From Tubulanus polymorphus (taxonomy: Eukaryota > Animalia > Nemertea), in assembly GCF_964204645.1 (NCBI RefSeq), contig NC_134029.1:12798850-12862849 (forward strand): a DNA stretch of 64,000 nucleotides, read 5' to 3'. Both the position numbers and the translations under genes were made by a program. Below are positions 1-12,030 of the stretch, in pieces (positions within the stretch are counted from its first letter, which is position 1; every line of letters begins with the position of its first letter). The notes under the pieces were generated by a model. That model worked only from the letters and a program-made list of their open reading frames with translations, made no database searches and had not been told where the DNA came from.

Positions 1-686
1 AACTGATATGACCGTGGAGAGCCTTCAGACTCTTCTGTTCGGCACAATCGGCTCCTAAATTGTTTTACTCAGATAATGCCAAGACCTTCACAAGCGGAGA
101 AGTCGAAATCAAACGCTTGCACAGAATGGCCACGCATGATGCAATGTTAAAACTATACACCGAGAAACGCATCAATTTTAGGTACCCGCCAGCACAGGCA
201 CCCTGGATTTCTGGCATCCACAAAAGATGCATCGGCATCATAACATCGGCGATAAAGAAAGTGCGCGGAAAAAGTATGGTCCAGCAAGAATAAGAAACTT
301 TACTGAAGGAAATTCAAAGTGAAGTGAACAATAGACCGATCACGTACATAAATACCAACATAAATGAGCTGGAGCCACTGTCACCGAATAAGATAATTTA
401 CTGCCGAGATATTGAGATCGTTCCGGACAGAGGTTCGGACAGTGACGACCAATGGCATGCTGCTGAAGCCACATCGACAGGCTCCGCAACCTCGCACGGC
501 ACTGCACTCAAATTTTAGCAAATTTCCGAAATCAGTTCAAAAGTGAATACCTTGTGATGTTGTGTCAAATACATGCGTCACAACAAAAAAGGAAGAATGT
601 CAACCCGAGCGAGGTAAAAATCGGTGATGTGGTTCTAATCCACGACAACATCAATCTGCGATGCAAATGGAAGATGGGTGTAGTAA
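1..686 (+). pseudogene. BEL/Pao LTR retrotransposon integrase core and C-terminal region, decayed
   Basis: Translation gives YSDNAKTF...PPAQAPWISG...EVNNRPITY...EPLSPN...VKIGDVVLIHDN...KWKMGVV, typical of Pao integrase and the following C-terminal domain. It contains stops and frameshifts. Confidence 0.9.
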
Positions 687-2413
687 CAGAGCTGCCAACC
701 CCTGGAAATTGTTTTGAGGGACAGTGATCCCCATTTTATGGGACAGCCATCAATTTTCAGGGACATCTAAAAATTTCAGCATTTCAGCTTTTTAACTTAA
801 AATCAAGCACTTATCTTGTACCCAGGTGTAGAGAACTGCATCATGAATGAATGTTGAATGAAATTCAGACAGGAAATCTAACTCAATGCATGGAGAAATT
901 AAGTACTGACTGCTAGCAACACAGTGTTCACTTGCCATATTCAATCATTCCTGAGTACCCTCTGCTAGTGCCACATCGTTCACTTGCCATATTATATCAT
1001 GCCTAGCGTACTGACTGCTAGCGCCATAGTGAACACTTGCCTTATCATATTCACTTGCGGCGTATATCGATTACACTGCTAGCGAAAATAAATTGCCCAT
1101 GGGCAATGTGTGGTTTACCTTGAAAGCTAGAGGTTGTTTGGGGTAAGGGCATTGCTTGAAAAATTAATCTTGTACATATTGATGGTGACAAATAAACTAC
1201 TATACTATACTATACTATACTATTTTGTAGTCAAATAAGACCAAAAATATACCATTGTTTACGGTCCACGTCCAAAATTTCGTAGGGTACAGGTAGGCGC
1301 GGGAAACTATTTTATATTTTCAAAGAAATATTCAAAAAATATGAAAAAATATTCAAATAAAATTCATATGATGTCACATCACATATCAGAGGGTGGCTGA
1401 ATATTTAGTCTTGGAAACCTCTTCCAATGTATGGCCGCGGAATCTAAACTGGCTAAGTAAGAAATCGGCGTTTCAGATCGTTTTGAATCCTTGAATTTAC
1501 TACTACAATATTCAGACCTCGACCTATAGCTATAGTTTGCTGCTTAGTATTTTCAGGTCACAAGAAATTACAATTTATTATAAATTATATCAAACAGAAA
1601 ACACAGCGCTCATCTTCTGCTGATGAAATGTCAAACGCGCCAGCAAGCAAGCAGCGTTACAGTATCACTATAGTAGTGTATAACTGTACGACTGAGCGTG
1701 TGTTTGTGTGTGCAACAGACTATAGCACTCCGCGCGCACGTGGAGGCCTCGTGTAAGTGAATGTTTTCGATGTCAATCAAAACAATCACCGGGTATTAAA
1801 ATGAAACAATACCTATGGCGGATAATAATTACATTCTCACCAGCAATGAGCATTTGCAATTCGCAAGTATACGGCATCTAACATGCCTAGTCCAATGAAA
1901 CGTTTGCCATTCTATGGCTTTCCCATTATTTTAGTAGCGCTGGAATTCCCCGTATATCCCAAAAACAGCCAATCACATTCGCTCATAGAGACGACGCCCC
2001 CCAATCGAGGTCATTGCAATTTTATACGTGAGAGCTAAGAATTTTCCCGCCAAAAACAGTTTTTCGTAGAATTTTAACAATGTTGACCATGTCATTGACG
2101 GAGGTTCGTCATGTCTTCAATCGCATCGATTATACGTCGTTTAAGCCGAGAGCCAATGAAACAAATGCTCACATAAAAAAAGGACCGCGATTTTACATGA
2201 ATTGGCTCAATGCCAACTTCATATCGCTGACAAAGGTAAACCAAAAAGTCAACTTTCCATTGAAAACATTGAAATTAATATAAACCATCACAATTTCCGT
2301 GACAAAAGCTAATTGTTTAATAATCCGGAACATTTTAATGCTTCCCGGGACAGCGGGACTAACGATGAAATTCCATGAGCGTCCTGCAAAACGCGGGACA
2401 GTTGGCAGCTCTG
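687..2413. mobile_element. Non-autonomous DNA transposon (hAT-like TIRs) inserted in the Pao pol
   Basis: 13-bp TIR cagagctgccaac (687) / gttggcagctctg (2401-2413), with gggaca subterminal repeats at both ends. Flanks tagtaa/atgtaa form an imperfect 6-bp TSD. Pao coding sequence resumes right after the element. Confidence 0.75.
1085..2248 (+). repeat. Dispersed repeat; second copy at ~18362-19528
   Basis: Long colinear similarity from aataaattgcccatgggcaa to aaaggtaaaccaaaaag in both places. Confidence 0.85.
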
Positions 2414-2620
2414 ATGTAATCGTAGAAACCCCCAGGAACAGTCAGCCACTGTCAAAACGGTCAACAGTACGACACGAAGACCGATCGCAAGATTGGCACC
2501 TCTCGGTCATTGCGTGGAAGATCAGGGGGATAAGGGAAATGCAAAAAATTTGGCTATACCAAAAACCATTAAAACCAAAATCGTACCTCCTAACGCCGGG
2601 CTGCATGTGCAGCTAGTACG
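2414..2620 (+). pseudogene. Continuation of BEL/Pao pol C-terminus
   Basis: SATVKTVNSTTRRPIARLAPL matches the Pao terminal motif R-S-A-x-V-K-T...RP-I-x-K-L-x-P-L. Confidence 0.8.
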
Positions 2621-2832
2621 AAAATGCGTAGCGTCGAGCTCAGACTCTGATGGATATCAAGTGAAGATAATGTAGTCAGACTAGATCATGTTGACTGTAT
2701 TAATTAGTTTAGGAATATACTTGTAAGCATTAAGCATCGAATTGTTTGGCTGGGTTCGCACATGTGGTAGTTATATGTCATTTTTCTAACTTGAGAATTA
2801 TTCTAGAAACAATTAATTTTCCCAGCCGGGAA

Positions 2833-3023
2833 TGTCGAGAATATCTCACGACTCCTCGGTCTCACGCTTGTACGCTACAATATTTAGATAAGGTTATTTG
2901 GACATGTGTGACCCAGCAACCAGCCAGACTGTTTCTAAATGCTGAATAAATCTCTTCGGTTGTAGTATAGAATTCACAGCGTTCGGTTCAGTTATTCTCG
3001 TTCGGGTGTCACCCGCTGCTACA
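2833..3023 (+). mobile_element. Probable 3' LTR of the Pao element
   Basis: gccgggaa immediately precedes TGTCG, AATAAA lies at ~2945, and the segment ends ...CTACA (TG...CA). Confidence 0.55.
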
Positions 3024-3494
3024 TCTCCGGGCCTTGGACCCGTGATTTCCACTCAGAACGATATTTCTGAATGTAAAATAATCTGATGCACAGCCAATAG
3101 GTAGATCAACCGGACAAACGTACGCATCAAAACGGATTTAAAGGTTACTCGTCATCACTAGCAAAGTATGAATAAGCTTGGACATTTTAACTAACTTGTA
3201 CAACTAATTCTATGGTCCAGCAAAATAAACATTGAACCAGGCTCTCTCAATCTTTAGGTTATTTGACGCTGTTTTGTTTGAGAGCTGCAAACGCTGATAC
3301 AGCGAGTGTAGTACACACAAAATGAGGAGCATGCGCACTGCAAACAAGATTGCGGAAATTCTCTAGTGAAAAATCGCGTCCCAGGCAACCATCGCGGCCA
3401 AACATACTGATCATAAACATACAATTGTTTAAAAATCCATAGCAGCAAAAACAGTACAAATCTCATTTCTAATGAGTAACATATATTTATTAGA

Positions 3495-3536
3495 GAACAT
3501 TTTCGGGAGTTACATTATCCCCTCTTCAGGCATAGC
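3495..3536 (-). ncRNA. Decayed minimal hammerhead ribozyme-like core, copy 1
   Basis: Minus strand reads CUGAAGA-GGGG(AUAAUGUAAC)UCCC-GAAA-AUGUUC followed by AAUAAA. Stem I does not pair well. Confidence 0.5.
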
Positions 3537-4389
3537 GCAAGTGATTGAATTTACATATCATACTGGTATTTATATAGAATAAGACAAAGCTAATTACAAT
3601 GCAATTGTTTATCGGCACTTTATAGAGGATAAATCATGAATATGTACAAAAAAATATGTATAATATTTGGAAATTATTGCCAGTTTCAATGTTGCGCCAT
3701 TCTCGCATGATTTTCAACAACACGGACGTAACATGTGGTAAATCATGACTACCTACCACCCCTCATTATCGTTCCAAAACCAAACGTTCCGCACTGACTA
3801 CAAATTAGTGATTTAATTTTAGAAATGGCCATAATTTTAACTTAAGTTGTATACCCTTATTATCTTTGAATTGTGATTGCTATAATGTTTTTGTAAACAG
3901 CCATTAAGCCTCAATGTTTCGTCTGTAATTCACTGCAATAGTTATGTAACTACGCATATTTAGATGTTTTTGACTGCTGTATTCTCAATCGGGACAGTTC
4001 CTCACAAGCTTCTTTGCTGAATTATCATTTATTAACATCGCCATATCACATCATCTAGTTATATTGTACCTTGAAACACTAACAGCTGAAATAATTGAAA
4101 TTCAATGGTCCAGCAAAATAAACATTGAACCAGGCTCTCTCAATCTTTAGGTTATTTGACGCTGTTTTGTTTGAGAGCTGCAAACGCTGATACAGCGAGT
4201 GTAGTACACACAAAATGAGGAGCATGCGCACTGCAAACAAGATTGCGGAAATTCTCTAGTGAAAAATCGCGTCCCAGGCAACCATCGCGGCCAAACATAC
4301 TGATCATAAACATGGAATTGTTTAAAAATCCATAGCAGCAAAAACAGTACAAATCTCATTTCTAATGAGTAACATATATTTATTATAGA

Positions 4390-4431
4390 GAACATTTTCG
4401 GGAGTTACATTATCCCCTCTTCAGGCATAGC
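4390..4431 (-). ncRNA. Decayed minimal hammerhead ribozyme-like core, copy 2
   Basis: Same motif in the second tandem unit. Confidence 0.5.
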
Positions 4432-6749
4432 GCAAGTGATTGAATTTACATACCATACTGGTATTTATATAGAATAAGACAAAGCTAATTACAATGCAAT
4501 TGTTTATCGGCACTTTATAGAGGATAAATCATGAATATGTACAAAAAAATATGTATGATATTTGGAAATTATTGCCAGTTTCAATGTTGCGCCATTCTCG
4601 CATGATTTTCAACAACACGGACGTAACATGTGGTAAATCATGACTACCTACCACCCCTCATTATCGTTCCAAAACCAAACGTTCCGCACTGACTACAAAT
4701 TAGTGATATAATTTTAGAAATGGCCATAATTTTAACTTAAGTTGTATACCCTTATTATCTTTAAATTGTGATTGCTATAATGTTTTTGTAAACAGCCATT
4801 AAGCTTCAATGTTTCGTCTGTAATTCACTGCAATAGTTATGTAACTACGCATATTTAGATGTTTTTGACTGCTGTATTCTCAATCGGGACAGTTCCTCAC
4901 AAGCTTCTTTGCTGAATTATCATTTATTAACATCGCCATATCACATCATCTAGTTATATTGTACCTTGAAACACTAACAGCTGAAATAATTGAAATTCAA
5001 GTACAATTTCCAATATTGAAAATTCAAAAGGTGGCAATGTTTTTTTCTGCTGCTTCACGTAAACCCTGCGCAGTGGCGCAACTGCGCAGAGTGGGGCCAA
5101 TACGTCAAGTCTCATACAAGTGATTTTATTGAGTGATTTCTATGTATATTGAATTAATAACAAATTTATTAGATAGTGTCAGATATGTGAATATAATGTT
5201 ACAAAATACATAAATAATTGTACATTTGCATATTATCTCCACTCTGGTATAGGAAATCAACCAATGTGGTTTGATTTCTTCCTGCTGTCATAAATAAACT
5301 TGATCATATTTAATTTCGATCGTATGTTGTTTATTTAGGTTTATCTAGAGTGGGTGTTTACGGACGGTGAAAATTGTTAGGATCGGAACAGATTCGTCAG
5401 TGAGTGAGGATTCACTGTGGAGACTGCAGTCGCTTTGTGCGAATCTCCTTCACCTTAATTACAGATTCTCTTGCAGGAGCGATAGATAATTAAAGCATTC
5501 CAGGGTTCATAGTTATCAGGCCTTGGTAAAAATCAAGACCTATCATCACCTTTGAAAAGTGAAAATCAATACTTTTTTTTATCAAATACGCAAACCATCA
5601 ACAACTTTCACGCTGAAACTTGAGTCCTATATGGGCCTGTTTTTGTCACAGTAAATTTCTTGCTCACATTTTTATAACTACGATATACCGGTAGATATAG
5701 ACACTGTTATCAAAAATTTGCCAGTCTCCATAAACGAAGGATGAGACTCATGTGGATTGTGTGTATGTTGTTGGATTAATAGACCTAAAAAAAACTTATT
5801 CTGAAAAAATGTTTTGAGGATTAATTACATTTTTTTCAGTGACATTTTTATATGAAATATTCACTAAGATTTGGCCGAACATGCATCTAGAAGATTTCTT
5901 TTTTCAAAATCATCTTGGAGGAGGCCCCCTAAATCAATTCAACACTCCGTTTTATACTAATAGATTAAGCTCCGCAGAATCTAAAAACTAATTTATTGTA
6001 CTATTGAACGCCGCCTGGTGACCATACCTAAAACCCAATAACCTCGAAACACACCACAATTATAGAACATCTCATGGGCAACAATTTTGCAATGGATTGT
6101 GATAACAAAATATGCCTATGTATGAATACATGTAAAAGAAGGTACATTTTGAACATATGACAAGATAAAGCAGGGCCTAAATATTGCTTTAAATACATGC
6201 AAGTTAGACTAATTTTTAAAAAGTTTCATAAGGATGACCAGCAGAGCTACCCCCTTTGAAAATCAAGGATCAGCCCCTGCATATTGGGACTTAATATGAT
6301 GCAAGTGATTCCACACTAATCCAACTGTACTTTATCTGGAATTCACTGTATTAACTGTATTTTAATTTGCCCTAAACATTATTTATTTAGGCCCTACCTG
6401 CTGCAAACTCTCTGATATTTTCAGGTCTGTTCTTCAGAATGTCTCTAGAATAAAACAAGAAATTTCTCATTAGGACAGCCACAGTCATTGGTAGTAAACT
6501 ATTCATTATGTACATCTCAGCTTCTGTTGTGGTTATTATTGTTTAATACCTTCTTTTTTTGGGAAAAATTGTCATCGAGACAAATAAATATTATTTCTAT
6601 AAAATACAGAATAAATAAGTGATGATGATAGTTGAGCGTTACATGCATTTGCTGACAAAACCTTACAGTTATTGATCGTGGAACTTGAATAGGCCTACAT
6701 GTTATCCAAAGATGTAGACTTCGCCAATTCAATCGATGCCGAATTTAAT

Positions 6750-6917
6750 TTACTTTTCATGTGGCTTTTCAAAGCAGCTTCTCCCATGTTACTAACACTG
6801 AAACTTCGATGGCATATTTCACACCTGGCTTCCCTCATATCTTTACATTTATCGATCCATTGGCTATAATCGTCTCGCTTAAGCAAAAGAATCCTGAAAT
6901 CTACATTTTCCAGGCAT
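6750..6917 (-). pseudogene. N-terminal BED-like zinc finger of a hAT-type transposase, fragment
   Basis: MPGKCRFQDS(frameshift)LLKRDDYSQWIDKCKDMREARCEICHRSFSVSNMGEAALKSHMKSK resembles the W...C-x2-C...MG...SH N-terminus of invertebrate hAT transposases. Confidence 0.7.
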
Positions 6918-7052
6918 TCTTATAATCAGTAGATTTTGAGAGCTAGTAATAATAATAGTAGCCCAGTACATGTAATCAGAATTAACTGTAATTGAATACC
7001 ACTAGATACAGTAGGCCTAGTAGCAGTTTGTCACCACTGCTAATTTCAAACG

Positions 7053-7680
7053 AACAAGAGCCCCAAGGGGCACTATGGCAAGCCTGTCAGCTTTTCATAA
7101 AATGGCAAATGATGCATTCTGTGAGACGGTTCATTTGTCCTAATACACTCCCGGCGGTAGGCGGACTAGTCAATCCCAGGCTAATAATTTACACAATTCA
7201 ATCGTGTTTTCATAAGTAGCACAGACAGCGACTGGAGCTGGCAGGAACAAAAACCTCAGATAAATCTTTTCCCTTGGTCTTATTGATTTGAATGCGGAAT
7301 AGAATTGAATTTTATGAAATTTGCTCATTAAAACAAAATTGAATTGGATTTGCTGTTTTACTTTGTTCAATTAAGTAAAATTGACTTGGATTTGATATTT
7401 TTTGCAGAATAAAATTTGATTGAATTAGCAGTTTGAGCACATGGCTATTTAGCATATCAAGGTCATCCATCCATCCGAAAGCTATTTTTCCCTTTGCACT
7501 TTGCACAATAGTCAATGATATTTTCTGTAGTGCAAATAAAAATATTCCTCCCTAAAACCAAATCAACTAATGATTTCACAGAAATCGATATTGAAATACA
7601 ATTTATATCTTTAAAAAAAATCCGGAAGTAAAATGGTATACGATACCGCAGGTTCACGTGAACACCTGCTGATCAATGCG
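7053..7680 (+). repeat. Dispersed repeat starting AACAAGAGCCCCAAGGGGCAC; longer copy at ~25885-27100
   Basis: Shared 5' start with a small hairpin (gcccc-aa-ggggc) and a shared block ending ccggaagtaaaa...cacgtgaacacctg. Confidence 0.75.
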
Positions 7681-10159
7681 GCTAAGCCAATCATAAGCCG
7701 CGATCACACAAGCATTTTTGCCCCGGAACAACTGTTCAAGCTTGATGGAAGTCAAAACCCGGTCTACACAAATTTTGTATAACCAAGATTTTGAGGGGTT
7801 TCGTCTTTGAAAGCCCATAACTACCGTACAAAGCGTCGGATCTTTGCGATATAATGTTCTTCCGGTGCAAATAGCATTGTTTTTCACATGTGTAATTTTG
7901 AACAGTTAAAGGTGCTGCATAAAAAAAACCTCAAATAAATCGAATTTTTGAAACTTTTTGGTAAATTTCTCAAAAAATATGAAACCCACGGCTTTCAACT
8001 TTGCGCACCTTCAAGAAAAACCAATTATGAAATATATTTTCGCTTAATCCGTTCAATTCGCCCATTAATAGTGATATTACAGGCTACTGAAATTGCATAA
8101 AAATGTGTTACAAATAGCTTTGAGTGTAGTGTATTAAGCATACGAATGATTATTGATCAGCCAGACCGTTGACATAGGCTCGCTAACGCCAGCCAAGAAT
8201 GATGGCTGTTTTAGTGTAGGAAGGTAGCCTGCACAATTATAGAAATACATTAATTAATATCGATCAGGGAGGTGAACAACGTTATAACCTTTTGGCTGGC
8301 AGTAAACTATTATTATGAGGCACGTTATGAGGACGCAGGTCTTCGTTCTGTAGTGAAATAACAAAGGGTGGCCAAAACGAAGGACAGGGAGCGCGAGGGG
8401 GTGTCCCCCTGTTATGGGAGATTTTGAATTTTTTGTGCTTCTCGGATGCGATTTTAGGCACACTGGGACAGCTAATCATGGTAGACATTTATATAAACGT
8501 AGACAAAAACCTTAAAAAATATTCCAGTTTACGAGAAAATTTAATTCGGAATAGCAAGTATTTAGAGGTTGAATCAGTTGAATTTCATTTCAATTTGTTT
8601 TGTATACCGCGGCTACATTTCGATATGGTTTTACATAAACTGATGATGTTTAGATTAGAGTTCAAGGCCACCATGATGAAATGGAATATTAATTCATGTT
8701 AGCTAGGTGACACTAATATTACTAATTAGGGTTTTCTGTTACATCACAGAAAACCCTATTGATATTCGCGTGTTTATTATGGTTTCTGCTGCTTTCGCAG
8801 AAACCCTCTTGTAATTCTGTTGATTATTATTAGGGTTTTCTGTTATTTCACAGAAAACCCTATTGATATCCGCGTGATTATTATTATTATTATTTTCTTC
8901 CACACTATTTTTACTAAAAGAACAAAGGCTTTGTTACCTTGCCGCTGTTGTCGATACAATCCGTCTGATATCATTCAGCTCACTTCGATCTACAAATACT
9001 CCGTGCGTATTTTGAAGAATCATCGTTACAAAAGCACCGTCGGGCCGTAAACATCGAAAATTGAGCCCCATTCAAAGAGCCGACATGTTTTTGTAAGTCC
9101 TCTTTCCGAAATCTACCACACGTTTCATGTCATATCAATTATCAATTCAAGCATAAATTAACAAATTTATTACCCGAAGATTGCACATTCTGTCACGGTT
9201 TTTAAAAACTAATTTTAACAATAGCCCTTTTCCTCATCAAATCGTATTACCGATATACAGGAAATTTACTACTTTAGATTTTAAAAGCACTGTCGAGCCG
9301 TAAACATCGACGAATCGACGTGTGTCACTACATCGTCGTTCCGGGGATCAGCTGCAAGTTTCACCTCATCATGAGAATCAAATCGAGTACAAATTAATTT
9401 ATTACTACCAGTGATTTGGCTGCGGGCGTCAAGCAGTTAGCTTAGCAATACCTATTTTTCTTTATCAAATTAACCGTGTATTCACTAAGATAAATCATAA
9501 GTGTACCGGGGAGTCGTAGGCCTTAACAAAACACGCCGAAGAGATATAGCGGAGAAAAGCTGTTATGTCGACGAGGTATCAAAATAAAAGAATATATTAC
9601 TTTATTCGGCCGCGGGCTTTAACCTCTATATCAATACCATCAATACTCTTTATTTCCTACAGTACATACCGATCATTGTCAAATGCACAAGGTATTTACT
9701 AAATACAAGTATATAACACAATCCTTTCCGTATGCTGGACTCACACTTGACATTCGGAGCGTTTATCGAGTTTGACGCGGCTTTAGGCCTACCGGTACTG
9801 AGCTTTACTGTCTCAAACAAACACAGTATAATTGTTGCGTTTATTATTGGACTCATTGGATTGAACTTCAAAACAAAATTTACAATATTTAGGTGGGTTG
9901 TTATTCAATAGGCCAACGACCAATCTGTCCGGATGTTAGGCCTACGCATATACATAGGCCTACATAGGCTAGTAGCCTCTACTAGGATAAGCGTTCGCTG
10001 TGGGGGAAAAGAGATCGTTTGCTGTGTCGCTTGAAGTGTTTATCGAGTTTTACGCGGCCTTAAGGCTTTAGTATGGTGGCTGATAAGGGCCATGAATAAA
10101 AAAAACACGAATATGCAAATGAGGGCGGCATTATGACAAAACGACAAAACTAAAATAAC

Positions 10160-11398
10160 GCGACAAAACAATATTTTGGTTTTATCGCCCGCGACAATTA
10201 ATTTTTTTGGTTTTGTCGCCCGCGACAATTAATTCATTTGGTTTTGTCGCCCGCGACAATTCAATATTTTGGTTTTATCGCCAGCGAATATTCATCATTT
10301 TGGTTTTGTCGCCTGCGAATATTCAATATTTTGGTTTTATCGCCCGCGACAATTAATTTTTTTGGTTTTGTCGCCCGCGACAATTCAATATTTTGGTTTT
10401 ATCGCCAGTGACAATTCATTGTTTTGGTTTTGTCGCCTGCGACAATTCATTATTTTGGTTTTGTCGCACGCGACAATTCAATATTTTGGTTTTATCGCCC
10501 GCGACAATTAATTTTTTTGGTTTTGTCGCCCACGACAATTCAATATTTTGGTTTTATCGCCTGCGACAATTCAATATTTTGGTTTTATCGCCCGCAACAA
10601 TTCATTATTTTGGTTTTATCGCCAGCGACAATTAATAATTTTTAGTTTTGTCGCCCCATCAAATTCAATATTTTGGTTTTATCGCCAGCGACAATTCATT
10701 ATTTTGGTTTTATCGCCCACGACAATTCATTAATTTGGTTTTGTCACCCGCGACAAATCAATATTTTGGTTTTGTCGCCCACGACAATTCAATATTTTGG
10801 TTTAATCGCCCGCGACAATTTTTTTGGTTTAGTTGCCCGCGACAATTCAATATTTTGGTTTTATCGCCAGCGAAAATTCAATATTTTGGTTTTATCGCCC
10901 GCGACAATTCATTATTTTAGTTTTATCACCCGCGACAATTCATTAGTTTGGTTTTATCGCCCGCAACAATTCATTATTTTGGTTTTATCGCCAGCGACAA
11001 TTAATAATTTTTAGTTTTGTCGCCCCATCAAATTCAATATTTTGGTTTTATCGCCCGCGACAATTCATTATTTTGGTTTTATCGCCCGCGACAATTCATT
11101 AATTTGGTTTTATCGCCCACGACAATTCAATATTTTGGTTTAATCGCCCGCGACAATTAACTTTTTTGGTTTAGTTGCCCGCGACAATTCAATATTTTGG
11201 TTTTATCGCCAGCGAAAATTCAATATTTTGGTTTTATCGCCCGCAACAATTCATTATTTTAGTTTTATCACCCGCGACAATTCATTAGTTTGGTTTTGTC
11301 GCCCGCGACAATTCAATATTTTGGTTTTGTCGCCCGCGACAATTCAAGATTTTGGTTTTATCGCACGCGAAAATTCATTTTTTTGGTTTTGTCGCCCA
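10160..11398. repeat. 31-bp tandem satellite, about 40 units
   Basis: Consensus cgcccgcgacaattcaatattttggttttat. It explains the overlapping low-complexity ORFs at 10269-11014. Confidence 0.95.
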
Positions 11399-11623
11399 CT
11401 TTATTAGCTTTTGAATAATTAGGCCAATTAATAACGTAATCAAGACTTATCCTTTCGCCTATTTTGAAGTCGATTAATCTGATATAGTGTTGGATATTAA
11501 GGTCATTTTGGCAGATTCTTTTTTTTTTAAAGTGATATTAAAGCAATCATTCAAGTGATCCTACTTAATGAAAGATCACATATTATTTCTTTTTCTAAAC
11601 ATGTACGGAAGCTCATATGTCAA

Positions 11624-12030
11624 AAGCGATAAAGGGCCTCGAGTTGTCGCGTTCCAACTCGACAAGTCGCTATATTTATGTCGACATATCGCGATATATC
11701 GCGTCAAGTCGACGTGAATATGTCGACATATCGTGACATTTTCACGACAAATTTCGCTTTTTCGCCCATTTTCCACGGGACAAGCCGTCATTTGAAGACA
11801 CGTCGAAATGTAAGATGAGGACGCCAGTAATATGGCGACTGAGTTTCAAGTCGTCATGAATATGTCCAATTGTTGCGAGGAAAATGGTTGAGAAAATGAA
11901 ATATGTCGTCAAAACATCTCAATATGTCGACAAATTCATGTCGACATGAACCGATATATCGTGATATGTCGACAAAAACATTACGACTTTGTCGAGTTGG
12001 AACGCGACAACTCGAGGCCCTTTATCGCTT
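11624..12030. mobile_element. Foldback/MITE with ~45-bp inverted ends
   Basis: aagcgataaagggcctcgagttgtcgcgttccaactcgacaa ... ttgtcgagttggaacgcgacaactcgaggccctttatcgctt, with a gtcgac/cgatat-rich interior. Confidence 0.8.

Larger units (their letters stand above)
3212..4999. repeat. Two-unit tandem duplication (~893-895 bp; units 3212-4104 and 4105-4999), possibly a Penelope-like 3' end/pLTR
   Basis: Near-identical units, each starting atggtccagcaaaataaac and ending ctgaaataattgaaattca. Confidence 0.95.

Noticed and set aside
5370-5510. Possible THAP-domain remnant on the minus strand (RIC...LTDESVP)
   Set aside because: Too degenerate: the C2CH ligands cannot be placed in a consistent frame.
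10160-11398. CRISPR-like periodicity and overlapping ORFs
   Set aside because: Contiguous 31-bp units with no unique spacers and no cas genes. It is a satellite, and the ORFs are artefacts.
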